Assembly: GCA_016182235.1 (NCBI GenBank)
Contig: JACOXT010000004.1
Coordinates: 28,537-92,536 of the forward strand
From: Candidatus Levyibacteriota bacterium
GTDB taxonomy: Bacteria > Patescibacteriota > Microgenomatia > Levybacterales > UBA12049
Reading direction: 5' to 3'
Length of the DNA stretch: 64,000 nucleotides
Positions 59,191 to 64,000 of this stretch are shown here, piece by piece. Under the pieces are notes generated by a model. The model worked only from the letters and a program-made list of their open reading frames with translations. It was not told the DNA's origin and searched no databases. How positions within the stretch are numbered: position 1 is the first letter of the stretch; each line of letters begins with the position of its first letter. The position numbers and the translations under genes were made by a program.

Positions 59191-60444
59191 ATGAAAGTAG
59201 CTGATGCAATGTCAAGGCAAGTCGATTATGTATCTTTGGATGCTAGACTAAAAGATGTTGCGAAACTTATTTTTGGACGAGGAGTAAATGGAGTTCCTGT
59301 TGTAGATAATAAGAAGAAATTAATAGGTTTTGTTACCGAGAAAGATATACTCTCTAAATTTTATCCCTCAATGCAAGAATACGTAGAAGATCCATTTCAT
59401 TCTTCGGATTTTGAGATTATGGAAGGGAAGATAGATGAAATTCTTGAAATGCCAGTAGATAGAATAATGAGTAAGAATCCCGTTACCGTAAATGCGAATA
59501 CGCCGCTTCTTAAAGCACAGTCTATAATGTTTGTAGAAAAAGTTGGAAGACTTCCTGTTGTAGACAAGGAGAATAAGTTAGTTGGAATAATTTCAAAAGG
59601 AGATATATTCAAGGTAATGGTAGGAGAAAAACTCCCTTTAGAGGAAGATGAGAAATTTCATGATTGGTTGTCTCGAAGATACGATCTTATTATTGATCAA
59701 AAAGTAAGACTTTCCAAAGAGATTCCAGATTTAACAAAGAAGCTTAAGGATCTAAATGTAAAAACTATTATTGATATTGGTTGTGGTACCGGCGTACACA
59801 CTGTAGCACTTGCCCAAGAGGGTTTTGAAGTGTTGGGGATGGATAGAAGTAGCAGAATGATTGATGAGGCTCGAATGAAATTGAAATCTTTTTCCAAGCA
59901 AGTATATCAAAAAATAAAATTTATAAGTAAAGATTACAAGAACTTAGATAAGTTATTAGATGAAAGGTTTGACGCTGTAATATTTATGGGGTCTGCGCTT
60001 GCCCACGTAGAAGATCCTCAGCAGACATTAAAAGAAGTAAGTAAAATTCTTAATAATAATGCTGTAGTAATATGTCAGATTACAAATTACGAGAAAGTTT
60101 TGAAATTAAACAAAGGATTCATGGACTTCAATATTAGAAATTCTCCGCATTCAAATGATGATAGAGAGGCGTTTTTAAGATTTTTTGACGAGGGAGCTGA
60201 AGGTTTTTTGTCACAAAACGTAAGCGTTTTTACTAGAATCTCGAAAAAATGGACGTTTAGAGGCTTGAGATCTATGCGGGTATATCACTTGACTAAGGAC
60301 AAAATAACATCTTTTCTCAAAAATATCAATTTCTCGGATATTAAATATTATGGTGGAGAAAAGGGGTTTTTCTACGATAATTTATTTAGAACACCTTTCA
60401 AAGAGTTAGAAAGTGACGTACTAACTGTGGTTGCGAGAAGATAA
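59191..60444 (+). CDS. CBS-pair domain fused to a class I SAM-dependent methyltransferase
   Basis: It has two CBS repeats (GVPVVDNKKKLIGFVTEKDI, RLPVVDKENKLVGIISKGDI) and MTase motif I (IIDIGCGTGVHT). I chose the ATG at 59191 (MKVADAM). Confidence 0.7.
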   Translation: MKVADAMSRQVDYVSLDARLKDVAKLIFGRGVNGVPVVDNKKKLIGFVTEKDILSKFYPSMQEYVEDPFHSSDFEIMEGKIDEILEMPVDRIMSKNPVTVNANTPLLKAQSIMFVEKVGRLPVVDKENKLVGIISKGDIFKVMVGEKLPLEEDEKFHDWLSRRYDLIIDQKVRLSKEIPDLTKKLKDLNVKTIIDIGCGTGVHTVALAQEGFEVLGMDRSSRMIDEARMKLKSFSKQVYQKIKFISKDYKNLDKLLDERFDAVIFMGSALAHVEDPQQTLKEVSKILNNNAVVICQITNYEKVLKLNKGFMDFNIRNSPHSNDDREAFLRFFDEGAEGFLSQNVSVFTRISKKWTFRGLRSMRVYHLTKDKITSFLKNINFSDIKYYGGEKGFFYDNLFRTPFKELESDVLTVVARR

Positions 60445-61063
60445 TATGCTAAAGACAAAATATTTATTCTTTTTGCTGTTATTCTTTTTAAGTTTCTGGG
60501 TTTTTGTCTCAGTTGATAAGTCACATGCGCAGGAAGACACTAACATGGTTCCTTCTCCAACACCTCAAGTACAAAATACAGTAGAATACGAACTTCCTTA
60601 TCCAGGACTTTTGCCTGATAATCCTTTATATTTTCTTAAAGTAATAAGAGATAGAGTTGTAAGTTTTCTCATATCTGATCCCAAGAAAAAAGCGGAATTT
60701 AATTTACTCCAAGCTGACAAAAGACTAAATGCCGGCTTGTATCTCTTTAATTCTGCAAAGTCGGGTACTGTCCAGAACCCGACAAAGGAAAATGAGAAGA
60801 AAATAAATCTAGCAATCTCGACTATTTCAAAAGCTGAAAATTATTTTTTCGAAGCGATCTTAGAAATTAATAAAGCAAAGACTCAAGGAATAGATATAAC
60901 TAATCTAGCGGGAAGACTTTTAACATCTTCCGAAAAACACCAAGAAATAATAATATCTTTGGAAAAAAGATCAAAAGGAAACATTAAGGAAAGTTTGATG
61001 GGGGAGCGAAAAAGGACAGAGAGTTTTGAAAAACAGGTTAGAGAGATTTTGTTAGGAAAATAG
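60431..61063 (+). CDS. Secreted hypothetical protein
   Basis: 210 aa with a signal peptide and a helical body. YELPYPGLLPDNPLYFLK is a motif common in small CPR secreted proteins, as I recall. Confidence 0.5.
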   Translation: MREDNMLKTKYLFFLLLFFLSFWVFVSVDKSHAQEDTNMVPSPTPQVQNTVEYELPYPGLLPDNPLYFLKVIRDRVVSFLISDPKKKAEFNLLQADKRLNAGLYLFNSAKSGTVQNPTKENEKKINLAISTISKAENYFFEAILEINKAKTQGIDITNLAGRLLTSSEKHQEIIISLEKRSKGNIKESLMGERKRTESFEKQVREILLGK

Positions 61064-61177
61064 GAATAAAGCTTGTATTTTGAGAACATTTTTTCCTCTT
61101 GTTATTTTTTAAAACAGCCAAAAAACTAAACTGAGGCTAAAAAAACTACTGATCTTTTTTGATACACAAATTTCTAG

Positions 61178-61206
61178 TTGACATAGTAGATTTAGTGTTT
61201 TAATAT
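61178..61206 (+). promoter_or_regulatory. Sigma70-like promoter of nrdR-nrdJ
   Basis: TTGACA (61178-61183), a 17-nt spacer, then TAATAT (61201-61206). Confidence 0.6.
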
Positions 61207-61214
61207 ACTTATGA

Positions 61215-61229
61215 ACACTATTAGTAGTG
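61215..61229 (+). promoter_or_regulatory. NrdR-box-like palindrome
   Basis: ACACTATTAGTAGTG (inverted repeat CACTA-n4-TAGTG) sits just downstream of the -10 element. It resembles the NrdR box consensus acaCwAtATaTwGtgt. A weaker ACATAGTAGATTTAGTGT lies at 61181-61198, about 33 nt centre to centre. Confidence 0.45.
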
Positions 61230-61248
61230 CTTGAGCGTTAACAAGTTT

Positions 61249-61698
61249 ATGAAGTGTCCTTACTGCGGATCGAAAGATACAGAAGTAGTTGAAACACGCG
61301 CAAGCGAAGATTTAGATATTATTAGAAGAAGAAGAGAGTGTTTAAAATGTCAAAAAAGATTTACAACATACGAGCGGATTGAAAATATTAATTTGGTCGT
61401 CATTAAAAAAGACGGAAAAAGAGAGCAATTCGACAGAGATAAACTAAAAAACGGAATAATAAGAAGTTGCGAGAAAACAAAGGTCTCAATAGAGCAGATT
61501 GAAAAGATAGTTACGGAGATCGAGAGGGAATTAAGAAGCGCGGATTCAGTTGAGGTAGAAAGCAAAAAAATCGGCCAGATGGTAGCAGGAAAACTAAAAA
61601 AGATTGACAAAGTTGCGTATATTAGATTTTCAAGTGTATTTAAGAGGTTTGTTGACGTAGAGGATTTTGAGAAAGAAGTCAGGAGGCTAATAAAATAA
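61249..61698 (+). CDS. nrdR: Transcriptional repressor NrdR
   Basis: The zinc ribbon is MKCPYCGS...CLKCQKRFTTYE, followed by an ATP-cone. I moved the start to the ATG at 61249; the track used an upstream TTG. Confidence 0.9.
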   Translation: MKCPYCGSKDTEVVETRASEDLDIIRRRRECLKCQKRFTTYERIENINLVVIKKDGKREQFDRDKLKNGIIRSCEKTKVSIEQIEKIVTEIERELRSADSVEVESKKIGQMVAGKLKKIDKVAYIRFSSVFKRFVDVEDFEKEVRRLIK

Positions 61699-61700
61699 TT

Positions 61701-64000
61701 ATGAAGCTTGATGGAATAAGGGGAAAAGTATTTTTGGACAGATACGCTCTCAAGGGAGTGAAGGGTGAGCTTTTGGAGCATACGCCCCCTCAGATGTGGA
61801 AAAGGGTTGCTCGCGGAATTGCCCAGAACGAAAAACCAAAAGATAGAAAGTATTGGGAGAAAAAGTTCTACTCGGTTATGGAAGATTTCAAATTCGTACC
61901 CGGGGGAAGGATACTATCAGGCGCCGGAACAAAATATCAGGTAACTTATTTTAATTGCTTTGTAATCCCGTCCCCTAAAGATTCAAGAGAGGGTATTGTG
62001 GATTCTCTTAAGCAGTTAATTGAAATCCAGTCCCGCTCAGGAGGAGTAGGGCTTAATCTCTCATCTCTTAGGCCCCGAGGAGCTCGGGTCAAAAAGGTAA
62101 ATGGGACTTCTTCAGGTCCTGTTACTTGGGCCGGGCTTTTCTCATACGCGACACATGACGTAGTCCAGCAGGGAGGGACAAGACGAGGCGCGACAATGCT
62201 TATGCTTTGGGATTGGCATCCCGACATAGAAGAATTTATAACAGTCAAACAGGACCCATCTAAAATTAACGGAGCAAATCTTTCAGTTTGTATATCTGAT
62301 AGCTTTATGGACGCGGTTAAAAAAGATAAGAATTGGGATTTAGTCTATCCGGATTTAGATGATCCTAATTATGATTCGAAATGGAATGGCGAGATAGACG
62401 AATGGCGTAAAATGAATGGTAAAGTAAAAGTATATAAAACGGTTAAGGCTAAGTATCTTTGGAATCTTATATGTACAGCCGCATGGAGATCTGCAGAGCC
62501 GGGGCTTCATTTCCTAGAGCGCTCCAACAAAAGATCAAATACAGCGTATTTTGAGAAATTAATTGCCACAAATCCGTCACTTAGAGCAGGAACTCGAGTT
62601 TTGACCAAAGAGGGAATTTTTCCAATAGAAGAATTAGAAGGTAAAAAAATTGTTGTTAAGAATTTAGACGGTAAATGGGCCAATGCAGAGTGTTTTTTAT
62701 CTGGGGAAAATAAGGAACTTTATAAAATAACACTTAATAATGGCAAAGAGATATTTGCAACAGCTGAGCATAAATGGCCTGTTCTTCTTGTGGGCGGAGG
62801 TTTTGGTAAAGTTGCAACAGATAAATTACTGACAGGCAATATTTTGCCTTTTCCAAAAACAGAGGATATCCAGTTTAATGCAAGAACAACTTTTTCAAAA
62901 GAAGAAGGATTTATGCTTGGTTGGTTATATGGGGACGGATGGATTTCAATTAGAGGGATAAAAGCTAAAGTTGATACTCTGCCGTTTCCTTATAAGAATT
63001 CTTTTATGGGGCCAACTAATATTCGCAATTTTTCTCCTGAACCCATATTGTCGATTAATAGCATATCTTCTATTCATCACGATATCCATAAGGAAGATAA
63101 AAAAGCAGTTTATTCGAAAAAGAAAGAAGAATGGGTATTTGGTTTTCTTTTTTCAGAAGAAGATGAGGCTTTGGCAGGTAGAATAGAAAGTCAAGTAAAT
63201 AAACTTAAAAGAGTGAAAAGTAATCTGAGGAAAGCAAGCGGTAATACGTATACTATACAAGTTACATCTTTGGAATTTGCAGAAAAACTTGCTTCCCTTT
63301 ATGGAGTTGGTAAAAAAGAAAAAGGATTGCCGTCATCTGTTTGGGGATCAGGAAGTGATTTTATTAAAGGGTTTGTGGATGGGTTGATAAGCTCCGATGG
63401 GTTTATTGCTAGGAATGCAAATAGGATTATTCTTACAACCAAACACAAGAAGATAGCTGAGGATTTTTCTGACCTCTTAAGCTTCTACGGTATTAAAAAT
63501 AATATTAGAAGAAGTGAATCTGAGAATATCAAGTTTCCGAATGGAAAAAAGTATTACAGAACCTATGAGAGATATGATGTAAGCATAGATGGGCATAACG
63601 TAGTCCAGTTTGGCAAGATTTTTAAATTATCTCATCCAAGAAAGCAGAGAAATCTTCAAAGAATAATAAGCGAATATACATCATCACGCAAATCACCAGA
63701 TGAAGAGTTGATACGAATAAAGTCAGTTGAAAAAACCAACATAAGAGAAAATGTATGGGACGTCTCTGTTTATGATGATGCACACTGTTTTTACATTAGT
63801 CATTGTATTACTGGCAATTGTGGCGAACAGCCCCTTGGGGCTTGGGCTGTTTGTAATTTAGGGGCAATGAATTTGGCCGCTTATGTCGGGAACGGTAAAT
63901 TTGATTATAAAAATTTTGGCCTTGATCTAAAGGTAGCACTTCGATTATTGGATAACGTTATTGATCAAACATATTACTTCTTCAAGGAGAACGAAAAGTG
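61701..64000 (+). CDS. nrdJ: Class II (B12-dependent) ribonucleotide reductase NrdJ, 3' end outside window, interrupted by an intein
   Basis: By manual translation the frame is open from the ATG at 61701 to the window end. Motifs are FLDRYALK, TYFNCFV, GGVGLNLSSLRPRGA and GGTRRGA. The active-site motif NP|CGEQPL is split at 62576/63819. Confidence 0.9.
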   Translation, partial: MKLDGIRGKVFLDRYALKGVKGELLEHTPPQMWKRVARGIAQNEKPKDRKYWEKKFYSVMEDFKFVPGGRILSGAGTKYQVTYFNCFVIPSPKDSREGIVDSLKQLIEIQSRSGGVGLNLSSLRPRGARVKKVNGTSSGPVTWAGLFSYATHDVVQQGGTRRGATMLMLWDWHPDIEEFITVKQDPSKINGANLSVCISDSFMDAVKKDKNWDLVYPDLDDPNYDSKWNGEIDEWRKMNGKVKVYKTVKAKYLWNLICTAAWRSAEPGLHFLERSNKRSNTAYFEKLIATNPSLRAGTRVLTKEGIFPIEELEGKKIVVKNLDGKWANAECFLSGENKELYKITLNNGKEIFATAEHKWPVLLVGGGFGKVATDKLLTGNILPFPKTEDIQFNARTTFSKEEGFMLGWLYGDGWISIRGIKAKVDTLPFPYKNSFMGPTNIRNFSPEPILSINSISSIHHDIHKEDKKAVYSKKKEEWVFGFLFSEEDEALAGRIESQVNKLKRVKSNLRKASGNTYTIQVTSLEFAEKLASLYGVGKKEKGLPSSVWGSGSDFIKGFVDGLISSDGFIARNANRIILTTKHKKIAEDFSDLLSFYGIKNNIRRSESENIKFPNGKKYYRTYERYDVSIDGHNVVQFGKIFKLSHPRKQRNLQRIISEYTSSRKSPDEELIRIKSVEKTNIRENVWDVSVYDDAHCFYISHCITGNCGEQPLGAWAVCNLGAMNLAAYVGNGKFDYKNFGLDLKVALRLLDNVIDQTYYFFKENEK
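62577..63818 (+). mobile_element. Intein (414 aa) with a LAGLIDADG homing-endonuclease domain
   Basis: It starts SLRAGTRVLTKEG (Ser1) and has block B TAEH. The DOD motifs are LGWLYGDGWI and FVDGLISSDGFI. It ends ...ISHCITGN, followed by the extein Cys+1 (CGEQPL). Confidence 0.85.

Noticed and set aside
61946-63186. ORFs 61946-62248 (minus) and 62971-63186 (plus).
   Set aside because: Both fall inside the continuous nrdJ/intein reading frame, which has strong RNR and intein motifs.
1-64000. An alternative genetic code (UGA recoding, as in some CPR lineages).
   Set aside because: Conserved genes (dnaA, dnaN, pgk, gap, the PBPs) are full length with standard stops, including TGA. No in-frame TGA is needed.

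Overview
The window reads as the replication-origin region of a small, AT-rich, gene-dense bacterial chromosome. From gene content and style I infer a CPR/Patescibacteria (Microgenomates-like) organism; nothing was searched. The standard genetic code fits. Layout, left to right:
- a GT4 / invertase-like / HAD-phosphatase sugar cluster and a hexokinase
- rpmH-rnpA-yidC-jag diverging from dnaA-dnaN, with a perfect DnaA box
- a minimal Gram-positive/CPR-style type IV secretion-like locus: VirB4, PrgI/VirB3-like, VirB6-like and four VirB2/TrbC-like pilin paralogs, one fused to a Cys-rich ectodomain
- nadE and nadD, then a 1099-aa orphan protein
- a six-tRNA island (all four Ser isoacceptors and two Arg) interleaved with NUDIX and GIY-YIG genes
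- tmRNA and smpB
- envelope genes: two PBP1A, SpoIID, two LytR_C proteins
- rpe, then acpS coupled to an acyl-AMP ligase/ACP/PlsC fusion
- two Phd-VapC modules, pgk and gap
- a four-gene operon of secreted Cys/His-rich proteins
- nrdR and a class II RNR (nrdJ) that runs off the window and is split by a LAGLIDADG intein; this gene is absent from the ORF track because it has no stop in the window.

Most unusual signals:
1. Many short tandem arrays with a strict 7-nt period. Some are translated in frame inside conserved housekeeping genes (pgk three times, gap, NUDIX, the VirB6-like signal peptide). Others form inverted arms of long hairpins.
2. One such heptamer hairpin carries a four-helix-bundle ORF in its loop, and an apparently empty copy sits beside the tRNA island.
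3. GC-rich palindromic elements are inserted in frame in nadE, nadD and the hexokinase.
4. The 5' end of the hexokinase gene occurs three times as direct repeats. These bracket two about 0.85-kb cassettes: an orphan ORF and a Phd-VapC module.
5. A family of secreted Cys/His-motif domains (three copies, one fused to a cupredoxin-like domain) lies next to a Cys-module/YYTP-repeat protein.

All family assignments come from motif recognition by eye; no searches were run.
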